Shown: one piece after another, positions 20,901-29,896 of the stretch | Position numbering within the stretch: the first letter of the stretch is position 1 | How the letters are laid out: each line of letters begins with the position of its first letter | Assembly: GCF_965641715.1 (NCBI RefSeq) | Contig: NZ_OZ282453.1 | DNA from: Escherichia coli | GTDB taxonomy: Bacteria > Pseudomonadota > Gammaproteobacteria > Enterobacterales > Enterobacteriaceae | DNA: 64,000 nt | Strand: one strand, 5' to 3' | The notes under the pieces: generated by a model | What the model was told of the DNA's origin: nothing | Databases searched by the model: none | What the model saw: only the letters and a program-made list of their open reading frames with translations | Translations under genes and position numbers: made by a program

Positions 20901-21737
20901 TTTGGAATCGATGCTGACACCATTAACCCCCCCAGCAATAACGCCGAGGTTGCGAACCCCCACACCTTTCTCGGTGCTGACCAGATTGATTTTGTTCGCA
21001 TACATTCCGCCCAGTTTGGCAACATCTACACTGTAACCGTTACGGGAACCGGTGGCGGATACGGTGCCGGTTACCTGGCCTGCGGCGTTAACATAGTTAT
21101 TACCAGCAACAACGTTCAGCTCATCGGCAGACACTTTGCCGTTAACCACCACGTTACGGGACAGAATTTCTGTCGGGCTGGCGTTATCCAGTTTACCGAG
21201 CGTAATGGTACCGCCGTTCACGGAGTAACCGGCCAGCTTGTCATCCTGGATATCCGGCGTCCCGGTGGTTAAGGTAAGTTTACCTGTATTGATTGAACCG
21301 CCACCGTTTACAGTAATACCATTCGGGTTGGCAATAATCAGATCCGCTTTATCCCCTGCAACTTCCATCATCCCATTAATGGTTGAAGGATTTTTGGAAG
21401 TAACCTCATTCAGGATCACCTTCGCCGACCCGGAGGTCAGATTACTGTTTCCCTGAATATTTCCGGCAAGTGAAGTACTGGATTCATTAGCGCTGTTATT
21501 GAAAACGACACCATTTTTATCAACGTTTAGGTTATCCCAGATATTATGAGATAAACCGCTACCGTTAGGTTTGTTGATGTCAACGACTGGCACACCATTG
21601 GCGTTATATACCGTTCCATTTTTTATGACTAATCCCGCCGCTTGAGAAGCTACAGGAAAAGACAACATCATAAGTATAGCAATAGGGGTTAATGCTTTAC
21701 CCACCGTTGCTTCCTTACTTAAATTTATCATCGCCAC
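17925..21737 (-). CDS. Two-partner secretion exoprotein, TpsA (filamentous haemagglutinin/haemolysin-like beta-helix), 1270 aa
   Basis: Signal peptide; N-terminal TPS domain with ANPNGITVNGG motif; Asn/Gly/Thr-rich beta-helical repeats throughout; no recognisable C-terminal toxin domain. Confidence 0.8.
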   Translation of the reverse strand: MAMINLSKEATVGKALTPIAILMMLSFPVASQAAGLVIKNGTVYNANGVPVVDINKPNGSGLSHNIWDNLNVDKNGVVFNNSANESSTSLAGNIQGNSNLTSGSAKVILNEVTSKNPSTINGMMEVAGDKADLIIANPNGITVNGGGSINTGKLTLTTGTPDIQDDKLAGYSVNGGTITLGKLDNASPTEILSRNVVVNGKVSADELNVVAGNNYVNAAGQVTGTVSATGSRNGYSVDVAKLGGMYANKINLVSTEKGVGVRNLGVIAGGVNGVSIDSKGNLLNSNAQIQSASTINLTTNGTLDNTTGTVTSVGTISLNTNKNTIVNTRAGNISTMGDIYVNSGTIDNTNGKLAAAGMLAVDTNNATLINSGKGSSVGIEAGLVALKTGTLNNSNGQIRGGYVGLESAALNNNNGDIQTTGDIAIISNGNVDNNKGLIRSPTGHIVIGAAGSVNNGSTKTADTGSSDSLGIIADTGVEIGANNINNNGGQIASNGNVSLSSYSTIDDYAGKILSNSKVIIKGSSLRNDTGGISGKQGIEVAVGGSLTNNIGVISSEEGDISLLANSVDNHGGFMMGQNITMESMSGVNNNTALIVASKKLKINARGSIENRDGNNFGNAYGLYFGMPQQTGGMVGKEGIELSGQNIYNNNSRLIAEDGPLTLQAQNTFDNTRALVTSGADASIQVGGTYYNNYATTWSAGNLDIDATTLQNSSSGTMIDNNATGFIASDKNLSLEVVNSLTNYGWISGKGDVDVTVNNGNLYNRNTIAAEKGLDIAALNGIENWKDISAGGDLTMNTNRHVTNNSNSNMVGQNIVINAVNDINNRGNIVSDADLNVTTKGNLYNYLYMVGYGDIALSANSVANNNATIEATGDLIIDSKGNVGNNRGNLHALNGVLSVKGNNLNNDNGEIRGYGDVTLALTGNYDSYKGSLTSETGDVTLTANIVDNAYGLIAGENVSVDAKSTIYNNTALIAANKKLVINAGGNLENRDGNNFLRNNGALFGITDNVGGIVGKEGVTLSAQNVYNNNSSIIAENGPLNLLSKGTLDNTRALLSSGADAIIRAAGTFYNNYATTYSAGNLDVYAASLNNASDGRLEDNTATGVIASDKNLDLSVDSSVTNYGWISGKGDVHFNVLKGTLYNRNAIAADNALTINAQNGVENFKDIVAGTALTIDTQKYVTNNSNSNMLGQTIAINAVNDINNRGNIVGDYSLGVKTTGNIYNYLNMLSYGVAGVSANKVTNSGKDAVLGGFYGLALEANETDNTGTIVGM
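18020..20210. repeat. Internal tandem duplication (~1.1 kb unit, two diverged copies) within tpsA
   Basis: Protein segments NTALIVASKKLKINARGSIENRDGNNF... and NTALIAANKKLVINAGGNLENRDGNNF... are about 70% identical over ~300 aa; antisense ORFs 18139-18378 and 19216-19512 share ...SPLPLIQP ends, giving a ~1134-bp offset. Boundaries approximate. Confidence 0.7.
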
Positions 21738-21999
21738 TAACGTTTTCCTTATTGATGCTATTCATTTTGGACATGCAGATCACTTTTGATGACTCACGGA
21801 ATATCAGCAAAAATGATTGCGGCAAATCCTATCACCTGGCGCAATAAAAAATCACGAAAAATAAGCTGAAATAAGGACTCAAAAAAACAACTAAGAGTTA
21901 TTGTTTTTTCATCGAACGGCGAAGAAACTAACTTACTAAAACACAATAATTTAAAAGTCCCCCATCCTTGCTCCTTGGGTGAAAAAAATCCAATTTAGA

Positions 22000-22050
22000 G
22001 GATGTCTGAAATGATATGTAGTTTTCTGTACAACATCATTTCAGACATCC
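22000..22050. repeat. Perfect 16-bp inverted repeat with 19-bp spacer in AT-rich intergenic DNA upstream of tpsA
   Basis: ggatgtctgaaatgat (22000-22015) and atcatttcagacatcc (22035-22050). Confidence 0.8.
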
Positions 22051-23127
22051 GAATAAAACAACAAAGTTGGTGAGTTACAATTAATTTAAATCTTATTATT
22101 TGATTAACAAAGCATCATCATTACTGCATCTTATTCTCTATATCTTTTACGTCGGGGTAGATTCTTTATGGTCATTACGGGCAGGCGACATTTCATTATA
22201 TTACCATTTGCATTCACGCTTGTAACCCTTAAGAGTTATATAAAAAGGAAAGAGTTCTTGCTCATGGTATTACTGAGATCGGATTAACCATGAGGTTAGC
22301 TATATAGAGAGCTTTGGCTTTGCGACAATTGGCTTAAGCAGCCACATTATGCCTGCTTATCGTTGAAAGGGAGAAAGAAGAGCAAAACGGTTTGGCAAGC
22401 TTTCATTCCCATCTAATAGCAATCACCGCTATACATCATCCCTTAACGTATTCTGGTCTTCATAAAAATGTTATTCTAAATTAAAGATTGTAATGATTTT
22501 AATAATGTTGTTATTATTTTGCAACAAAACAACCTAACACAATGATTATTCGCGATTTTTTATTAGTTAAGAGGAATTGTTTTTACAGATTGCGCTACAA
22601 TTCCGCTCATTTCTCACCACAGGAAAAGCTGAAGTAATCTTAAATGACTGTATTAACCCTTTTCTCCGCTGCCAGCACTCTTAAATATCGTTGTTTTATT
22701 CTTATAAAAACGGCTTTTTTGACATAAAAAGTAATAGGTTCAGCCATTATGCAGAATTTACAACCTGAGAAAATCGCAAAAAACACTCTTATTCAGAATA
22801 AAACTCTGTTTATCATCTTTCGGTAAGCATTAAATTACTATATTACCGTTCAACATTAGTATGAATGAAAATTCAATTGTTATACATGTGATGAATGTCA
22901 TATATTGTGCTCATCGATTGCAGGACATCGCTATTCTTTTAGAGATACAGATATCACGCTGTTACTCTCTAATATAAAGAACACGCAAAGATTAGTTGTG
23001 TTACTGCAGTTGTTATGTCGCATATGGAATGCCCATTGTTACATCTTTAGTAAAAAGCTTTATTCACTTTCAAAATTTTTACTCCATGAAGATGGGCTGT
23101 TTTGCTGCAAGCAATTGAGTTAGTGCA

Positions 23128-23751
23128 ATGAACAAGAACTTACTAACAAGGGTAATTATCATTTCGGATGATCTATATTACCTTCAGGGATTAAGTGCAA
23201 AACTAGGTCACCATTATCGTTTTTTTATTGAGTGTTTTTTTTGTTCTCAAAATGCATGCAATAATGACCTAAGTACACTTAGATTTGACAACCGCTTTAC
23301 CAAAAACGTACTTCTTGTCGCAGTGGATGACGTAAGTATACTTGCAAAACTGCCAGATTTGGCCAGGTTTTTAATGATTGTTTCACTAAGAAAGATGAAA
23401 AACAGAAATATCTTCTTTTCACTTTCAGAGCAAACATTCATTAGCCGATATATAAAATTGAATAAACTCATTACTTTGATTAAAAGTACTGATAAAGACC
23501 AGCAAGTCAGGCAGGTGACTCTGACAAGGTATGAGTGGGATATCTATTACTTATATTTTAAGATAGATAACAAAAGAATATTGCACACCCTGCTAAAAAA
23601 GGATGTCAAGTATATTAGTCACTATAAAATATCAGTTTTTAACAAGTTTGAAATTGCTTGTGATAGTGATGGCTTTTACATTTTCAAGGCACTTATACAG
23701 TTAAGGAGATTTACCGGTTTTAAAAACGTCAGATTGTATCAATTGCATTAA
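23128..23751 (+). CDS. Hypothetical protein (207 aa), possible regulator upstream of fimbrial operon
   Basis: AT-rich gene directly upstream of fimbrial major subunit; no motif I can assign. Confidence 0.35.
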   Translation: MNKNLLTRVIIISDDLYYLQGLSAKLGHHYRFFIECFFCSQNACNNDLSTLRFDNRFTKNVLLVAVDDVSILAKLPDLARFLMIVSLRKMKNRNIFFSLSEQTFISRYIKLNKLITLIKSTDKDQQVRQVTLTRYEWDIYYLYFKIDNKRILHTLLKKDVKYISHYKISVFNKFEIACDSDGFYIFKALIQLRRFTGFKNVRLYQLH

Positions 23752-23793
23752 TTAACTCGTTCTATATTAACTCTAAATTTCAAGGATATTAAT

Positions 23794-24354
23794 ATGTTTT
23801 CTACTTTCAAAAAAGCAGCTCTGCTGGCAGCTATTGCATTACCTTTTTCAACTATGGCTGCGCCTACAGTCACTTTTCAGGGTGAAGTAACCGATCAGAC
23901 CTGTTCCGTAAATATCAACGGTCAAACCAATTCAGTAGTATTGATGCCGACCGTAGCCATGGCTGACTTCGGTGCAACTTTAGCTGATGGTCAGAGCGCA
24001 GGCCAGACGCCGTTTACGGTTTCTGTGTCTAACTGCCAGGCTCCAACTGGTGCAGATCAGGCAATCAACACCACCTTCCTGGGCTACGACGTTGACGCTA
24101 GCACGGGTGTTATGGGAAACCGTGATACCAGCAGCGATGCGGCGAAAGGCTTTGGCATTCAGTTAATGGATTCCAGCACTTCTGGTAACCCAGTAACTCT
24201 GGCTGGCGCGACTAACGTACCGGGTCTGACCCTGAAAGTTGGCGATACCGAAGCCAGCTACGACTTCGGTGCGCGTTACTTCGTTATCGATAGCGCTGCT
24301 GCCACTGCCGGTAAAATTACCGCTGTCGCAGAATACACCCTGAGCTACCTCTAA
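23794..24354 (+). CDS. Fimbrial major subunit (chaperone-usher, type-1-like pilin), 186 aa
   Basis: Signal peptide, conserved Cys pair (QTCSV...NCQ), Ala/Thr/Gly-rich, C-terminal donor strand ...AEYTLSYL. Confidence 0.8.
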   Translation: MFSTFKKAALLAAIALPFSTMAAPTVTFQGEVTDQTCSVNINGQTNSVVLMPTVAMADFGATLADGQSAGQTPFTVSVSNCQAPTGADQAINTTFLGYDVDASTGVMGNRDTSSDAAKGFGIQLMDSSTSGNPVTLAGATNVPGLTLKVGDTEASYDFGARYFVIDSAAATAGKITAVAEYTLSYL

Positions 24355-24361
24355 TTAATCT

Positions 24362-24397
24362 ACTGGCTGGCAGTAAATGTCAGCCAGTATTTCTTTG
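24362..24397 (+). terminator. Attenuating hairpin after fimbrial major subunit gene
   Basis: actggctg-gcagtaaatgt-cagccagt followed by atttcttt; typical pilin-gene attenuator position. Confidence 0.5.
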
Positions 24398-24439
24398 CAC
24401 AATTAATAGTGATTTTTCATGGACATGGAAAAGATAAGA

Positions 24440-25141
24440 ATGAACATTTTTGCATATTTACTGGTACTTGTATTTTCCATGAGCATGAGCAGCAGCGCGT
24501 TTGCCAGCGTGGTAATGACCGGAACCCGTATTATTTTCCCTGGTGACGCAAAGGAAAAAACCATCCAGTTGCGAAATACCAGCGATCAGCCCTATATCAT
24601 TAATATCCATGTTGAGGATGAACGTGGTTCTGACAAGAATGTACCGTTTATGCCAACCCCGCAGACATTTCGCATGGAAGCTGCCGCAGGTCAGGCGTTA
24701 CGCCTGCTCTACACTGGTGATAATTTACCGCAGGATCGCGAGTCTGTTTTCTGGTTTAGTTTCAGTCAACTACCTTATCTGAATAAGAACGATAAAAGTC
24801 AGAACCAGCTCATCCTGGCCCTGACTAATCGAGTCAAAATTTTCTATCGTCCCAGCTCAATTGTCGGTAAATCCAGTGACGCGCCAAAAAACCTGACTTA
24901 CCAGGTAAAACAGAACCGCATTGAAGTGACGAATCCCACGGGCTATTACGTCGTGATTCGCGCCGCTGAACTGCTTAATAACGGTAAAAAAGTCCCCCTC
25001 GCGAATTCCGTCATGATTGCTCCTCAAAGCACAATTGAATGGACACTACGCACTGGCATCAGCGTCGCTCCCGGTGCGCAGATTCATTTAGTGACCGTCA
25101 ATGACTATGGCGTAAATGTCACGTCTGAGCATGCCTTATAA
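24440..25141 (+). CDS. Periplasmic fimbrial chaperone (PapD/FimC family)
   Basis: Signal peptide MNIFAYLLVLVFSMSMSSSAFA; chaperone-like N-terminus VVMTGTRIIFPGDAKEKTIQLRN; ORF extends to 24419. Confidence 0.8.
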   Translation: MNIFAYLLVLVFSMSMSSSAFASVVMTGTRIIFPGDAKEKTIQLRNTSDQPYIINIHVEDERGSDKNVPFMPTPQTFRMEAAAGQALRLLYTGDNLPQDRESVFWFSFSQLPYLNKNDKSQNQLILALTNRVKIFYRPSSIVGKSSDAPKNLTYQVKQNRIEVTNPTGYYVVIRAAELLNNGKKVPLANSVMIAPQSTIEWTLRTGISVAPGAQIHLVTVNDYGVNVTSEHAL

Positions 25142-25193
25142 GCTCTTTCCCCTTTTTTGAGCGGTATCCTTTTTCACGCACGAGTATGTCGAG

Positions 25194-27716
25194 ATGAATA
25201 AATCCGTTGTGTCAATTTCTGCGGCAATATTGGTTTTACTCTGCCAGCCGGTTATGGGGAAAGAAATCTCACCCGCTACACCGTCAGATGAAGACAACTA
25301 CACCTTTGACCCGCAACTCTTTCGCGGCAGCAGATTTAGTCAGTCGTCATTGGCAAAACTGACAACTCGTGAGTCTGTTGCACCGGGCAATTATAAAATG
25401 GACATCTACACCAATAATAAGTTGTCAGGCAGTTGGAATGTCACGTTCAAAGAAGCCGCTGATGGTCGCGTTCTGCCCTGCCTGACGCCTGAAGTCGCGG
25501 ACGCGATAGGCCTCAAAACAGGGGAAGATAAGGGTGAAAAAGATCCGGTCTGTACCTTTGCTCAGGAACTCGCTCCCGGCATCACCAGCCAGACACAGTT
25601 GTCACAACTACGCCTTGACTTGTCGGTGCCTCAGAGTCAAATGATTAGTCGCCCTCGCGGCTATGTCCCCCCCAGCGAGCTGGATACCGGAGCATCGCTG
25701 GCGTTCATGAATTATATTGCCAACTATTACAACGTTGCCTATTCAGGGCAGAATGCTCATAGCCAGCGTTCGCTATGGGCATCATTTAATGGTGGCATCA
25801 ACCTTGGTGCCTGGCAATATCGTCAGTTATCCAACATGACCTGGGATAATGACAAAGGGAATCAGTGGAACAATATTCGTAGCTATTTGCAACGCCCGCT
25901 GCCCGCCATAAATAGCCAGTTAATGATGGGGCAGCTTATCACCAGCGGAAGATTTTTCTCTGGACTCAGTTATCACGGCGTTAGTCTCGCGACCGATGAA
26001 CGTATGCTGCCGGACTCCATGCGCGGCTATGCGCCGACTATTCGCGGCGTGGCCGCAACAAACGCCAGAGTCTCGGTAATGCAAAACGGTCATGAAATAT
26101 ATCAGACCACCGTGGCTCCTGGCCCTTTCGAGATAAACGACCTATACCCCACCAGCTACAGCGGCGATCTGGATGTCACCGTTACGGAAGCTAACGGCGC
26201 AGTCAGTCGTTTCAGTGTCCCCTTTTCAGCCGTACCAGAATCGATGCGTCCAGGAACTTCCCGTTATAACGTGGAAGTAGGTAAAACGCAGGATAGTGGT
26301 GATGACTCGATGTTTGGTGACCTTACCTGGCAGCACGGGATGACTAATACGCTGACATTTAACAGTGGTTCGCGTATCGCTGATGGCTACCAGGCGCTGA
26401 TGCTGGGCGGAGTCTATGGCAGTTCGCTGGGGGCATTTGGGGCAAACCTCACTTGGTCCCATGCGCGTGTTCCCGAAAGCGAAGCGCAGAGTGGTTGGAT
26501 GTCGCAATTAACCTGGAGTAAAACTTTCCAGCCTACTTCAACCACCGTCTCCCTGGCAGGTTATCGATACTCTACCAGCGGCTATCGTGATCTGGCTGAT
26601 GTGCTGGGAGAGCGTCATGCTGCCAGCAATAAACAGTCATGGGACTCCAGCCAGTGGCGTCAACAGTCGCGCTTCGATCTTACGTTAAGTCAGAGCCTTG
26701 CGAATTACGGCAACCTGTTTGTGTCAGGTTCAACACAGAACTACCGTGGCGGCAAAAGCCGTGATACACAGCTTCAGTTAGGTTACAGCAATAGCTTTAG
26801 CCATGGCATCAGTATGAACCTTTCCGTCGGACGCCAAAGAATGGGCGGCTATAAAGACAATTCTGATGATATGCAGACGGTAACGTCCCTTTCATTCTCA
26901 TTCCCACTTGGCGGCAATGGACCTCGTGTACCAAGTCTTAGCAACAGCTGGACCCATTCAACTGACGGTAGCTCGCAATTACAAAGCTCGCTAACCGGAA
27001 TGCTTGATGAAGCACAGACCACCAACTACAGCCTGAACGTCATGCGCGATCAACAATATAAGCAGACGACGCTTAGCGGAAACATGCAAAAACGGTTTTC
27101 ACAAACTACCGTCGGATTGAACGCATCGAAGGGCCAGGATTACTGGCAGGCGTCCGGAAACGTACAAGGCGCGATGGCCGTACATGGCGGCGGCGTCACT
27201 TTCGGACCTTATCTGGGTGAAACGTTCGCCCTGGTCGAAGCAAAAGGCGCAGAAGGTGCAAAAGTCTATAACTCCAGTCAGCTGGAAATTAATGACAGTG
27301 GCTATGCGCTTGTTCCGGCAGTAACGCCCTATCGATACAACCGTATATCTCTCGATCCACAAGGAATGGATGGCGATGCCGAGTTGGTCGACAGTGAAAG
27401 ACAGGTAGCACCGGTTGCGGGTGCGGCGGTGAAAGTAATTTTCCGTACCCGTCCTGGTAAAGCGTTGCTGATTAAATCCCGCATGGCAGATGGTTCGGAA
27501 CTGCCAATGGGAGCCGATGTGCTGGATGAGAATAATACAGTCGTCGGTATAGCCGGTCAGGGGGGGCAAATTTACCTCCGCACAGAACAGACAAAAGGCC
27601 ACTTGTCAGTTCGCTGGGGTGAAGGTGCTAACGATAGCTGCCAATTGCCCTTTGATATCAGCGGGAAGGACAGCAATAGCCCTATCATCCGCCTGAATGA
27701 AACCTGTCAGTCTTGA
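25194..27716 (+). CDS. Fimbrial outer-membrane usher (840 aa)
   Basis: Size, signal peptide and beta-barrel-rich composition of the FimD/PapC family; sits between chaperone and adhesin genes. Confidence 0.85.
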   Translation: MNKSVVSISAAILVLLCQPVMGKEISPATPSDEDNYTFDPQLFRGSRFSQSSLAKLTTRESVAPGNYKMDIYTNNKLSGSWNVTFKEAADGRVLPCLTPEVADAIGLKTGEDKGEKDPVCTFAQELAPGITSQTQLSQLRLDLSVPQSQMISRPRGYVPPSELDTGASLAFMNYIANYYNVAYSGQNAHSQRSLWASFNGGINLGAWQYRQLSNMTWDNDKGNQWNNIRSYLQRPLPAINSQLMMGQLITSGRFFSGLSYHGVSLATDERMLPDSMRGYAPTIRGVAATNARVSVMQNGHEIYQTTVAPGPFEINDLYPTSYSGDLDVTVTEANGAVSRFSVPFSAVPESMRPGTSRYNVEVGKTQDSGDDSMFGDLTWQHGMTNTLTFNSGSRIADGYQALMLGGVYGSSLGAFGANLTWSHARVPESEAQSGWMSQLTWSKTFQPTSTTVSLAGYRYSTSGYRDLADVLGERHAASNKQSWDSSQWRQQSRFDLTLSQSLANYGNLFVSGSTQNYRGGKSRDTQLQLGYSNSFSHGISMNLSVGRQRMGGYKDNSDDMQTVTSLSFSFPLGGNGPRVPSLSNSWTHSTDGSSQLQSSLTGMLDEAQTTNYSLNVMRDQQYKQTTLSGNMQKRFSQTTVGLNASKGQDYWQASGNVQGAMAVHGGGVTFGPYLGETFALVEAKGAEGAKVYNSSQLEINDSGYALVPAVTPYRYNRISLDPQGMDGDAELVDSERQVAPVAGAAVKVIFRTRPGKALLIKSRMADGSELPMGADVLDENNTVVGIAGQGGQIYLRTEQTKGHLSVRWGEGANDSCQLPFDISGKDSNSPIIRLNETCQS

Positions 27717-27731
27717 TACAGAGAAAACCCG

Positions 27732-29066
27732 ATGTCTAAATCGACTTTTTTACACATTCTGATTAGCTCCATCATATTGGTGGCACTAATACAATCATCC
27801 GCTTGGGCTAACTGTACAAACACACAGATAGGTCAAACTGAAGATGGTCGGACAGCGCTTATTGAGTTCGGAAAAATTAATATGACCGACACCTATTTTG
27901 CGCCAGCAGGTTCACTCCTCGCGACAACGGTCGTACCTCCCACTAACTACACATCAGGTGGCGCGACAGGAAGCTCCGTACTGTGGGAATGTGATGCAAC
28001 AGATTTGCCAAACATCTATTTTCTGGTCGCTACCAATGGCGACGACCGCGTGGGGGGCTTTTACGATGCAGGCGGGCCTGATGGTCTGAGTGATGTCTAT
28101 GCCACCTGGTTCGCTTTTGTCGGTCTCAAGCAGACCATGGCGGGCGTGACGCTTGGTCGTTACTGGAAGAAAGTGCCCATCACCAGTTATGCCACTCAGG
28201 GAACTAAAATCCAGATTCGCTTACAGGATATCCCTCCTCTTCATGCTGAGCTTTATCGCATCAGTACGCTACCTGATACATCAGCAACAACAAGTTGGTG
28301 CGGTAATAATAATACAGATGGTAGTGGAGTCGGATTCGCAAAACCTTCCGGTACAATCTATAACTGTGTTCAGCCCAATGCCTATATTCAGCTTTCCGGT
28401 ACCAGCGGCATTTTATTTGGTCATGATGAGCCCGGCGAAGATAGTTCTGTTCATTGGGATTTCTGGGGTGCTGATAATGGTTTTGGTTACGGAATGCGTT
28501 CGGCCAATCGACTCTACAACAATGCCACCTGCGTTGCCCGCAGCGCCACGCCGTTAGTATTGCTGCCGACAATTGCAGAAGCACAACTGAATGCGGGCAT
28601 GGAAAGTACCGGTAATTTTAATGTCCGCGTCGAGTGTAGTAACTCGGTTCAATCAGGGATTAGCGATACTCAGACAGCATTAGGAATCCAGGTGTCTGAA
28701 GGTGCATATACAGCAGCGCAAAAACTGGGGATTATCAATAGCAACGGCGGCGTCAGCGCCCTAGTCTCTGATAATTATGACGCAGCAGAGATGGCAAAGG
28801 GCGTTGGGATCTACATTTCTAACAGTGCTCACCCCGATACGGCGATGACGCTGGTTGGTCAACCGGGCATCGCGAAGTTAACCCCCGGAGGAAATGCAGC
28901 GGGGTGGTATCCTGTATTTGAAGGGGCAACATTAGAAGGTGCGACTCACCCCGGATACTCCAGCTATAGTTACTCTTTTATCGCCCGGTTGAAGAAACTG
29001 CCAAATCAGACAGTCAGTGCGGGAAAAGTGCGGGCAACGGCTTATATATTGGTGAAAATGCAATGA
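27732..29066 (+). CDS. Fimbrial tip adhesin-like protein (444 aa, putative lectin domain plus pilin domain)
   Basis: Signal peptide; too large for a simple pilin; operon position after usher. Confidence 0.55.
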   Translation: MSKSTFLHILISSIILVALIQSSAWANCTNTQIGQTEDGRTALIEFGKINMTDTYFAPAGSLLATTVVPPTNYTSGGATGSSVLWECDATDLPNIYFLVATNGDDRVGGFYDAGGPDGLSDVYATWFAFVGLKQTMAGVTLGRYWKKVPITSYATQGTKIQIRLQDIPPLHAELYRISTLPDTSATTSWCGNNNTDGSGVGFAKPSGTIYNCVQPNAYIQLSGTSGILFGHDEPGEDSSVHWDFWGADNGFGYGMRSANRLYNNATCVARSATPLVLLPTIAEAQLNAGMESTGNFNVRVECSNSVQSGISDTQTALGIQVSEGAYTAAQKLGIINSNGGVSALVSDNYDAAEMAKGVGIYISNSAHPDTAMTLVGQPGIAKLTPGGNAAGWYPVFEGATLEGATHPGYSSYSYSFIARLKKLPNQTVSAGKVRATAYILVKMQ

Positions 29067-29752
29067 AATCCGTTTTGCTGCTCTTAACCGTCTTGTTCGT
29101 ACAGTCAGTGGAAGCCGGCATCATGCCGGCTTCTTCACGGATTATTTATCACGATGGCGATCGGGAAAAGACACTGATGCTGGTCAATACCAATGACTAC
29201 CCGGTACTGGTGCAAAGTTGGGTAGATAATGGTGAAGGTTCCCCAGAAGCTGCTTCTCCCCCCTTTGTGGTGCTGCCACCGGTTTTCCGCCTGGCTGCGA
29301 GACGAACCCAGGGGTTGCGGATTATCTATAATCATGACCCACTTCCCCAGGATCGCGAATCTGCATTCTGGTTAAATCTTTATGAAATGCCACCAGAAAC
29401 TCCCCATCAAGATCCCACACATTTAACGCTGGCAATGAATACGCAACTTAAAATCTTTTACAGACCTAAATCTGTAACTATGACACCTGAAGAAGCTATG
29501 CGTAAAATAAGTTGGCATCTGGTTAACAACGGCAGCAGCAGCTATATTGAGCTTAATAACCCAACACCACTGAATATCTCTTTCACCTCCATCAGCATTG
29601 GGGCTACGAAGGTAGAGCAAGAAAGCGATATGATGATAAAACCCTTCAGTCAACGACGGTACTGGTTAGCAAGTAAAAACGTTAGTGGTGTGGTTGCGGC
29701 GACATATCTCGATGATAATGGTGCACAGATAAAGCAACAATTAGCGCAATAA
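29063..29752 (+). CDS. Second periplasmic fimbrial chaperone (PapD-like), 229 aa
   Basis: Signal peptide; SSRIIYHDGDREKTLMLVNTNDYPVLVQSW resembles the chaperone N-terminal domain; 4-bp overlap with adhesin gene. Confidence 0.75.
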   Translation: MKSVLLLLTVLFVQSVEAGIMPASSRIIYHDGDREKTLMLVNTNDYPVLVQSWVDNGEGSPEAASPPFVVLPPVFRLAARRTQGLRIIYNHDPLPQDRESAFWLNLYEMPPETPHQDPTHLTLAMNTQLKIFYRPKSVTMTPEEAMRKISWHLVNNGSSSYIELNNPTPLNISFTSISIGATKVEQESDMMIKPFSQRRYWLASKNVSGVVAATYLDDNGAQIKQQLAQ

Positions 29753-29829
29753 TACCCCGCGTGGATATGTAAACTCTTCGCGATAGTTCACCGCTAACGA
29801 ATAACATCTTTACCCCTGTCCCCCCCGAA

Positions 29830-29855
29830 GTGGAGAAATGACAAAATCTCTCCAC
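29830..29855. terminator. Candidate bidirectional hairpin between fimbrial operon end and convergent SDR gene
   Basis: gtggaga-aatgacaaaa-tctccac followed by tccattttcc. Confidence 0.4.
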
Positions 29856-29896
29856 TCCATTTTCCAGTTAAAACACCTCAACGCAGCCAAAAATCG

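Noticed and set aside
21738-23127. Possible CRISPR array or IS element in the AT-rich gap
   Set aside because: No regularly spaced direct repeats and no transposase ORF or terminal inverted repeats beyond the single 16-bp palindrome; treated as intergenic regulatory DNA.
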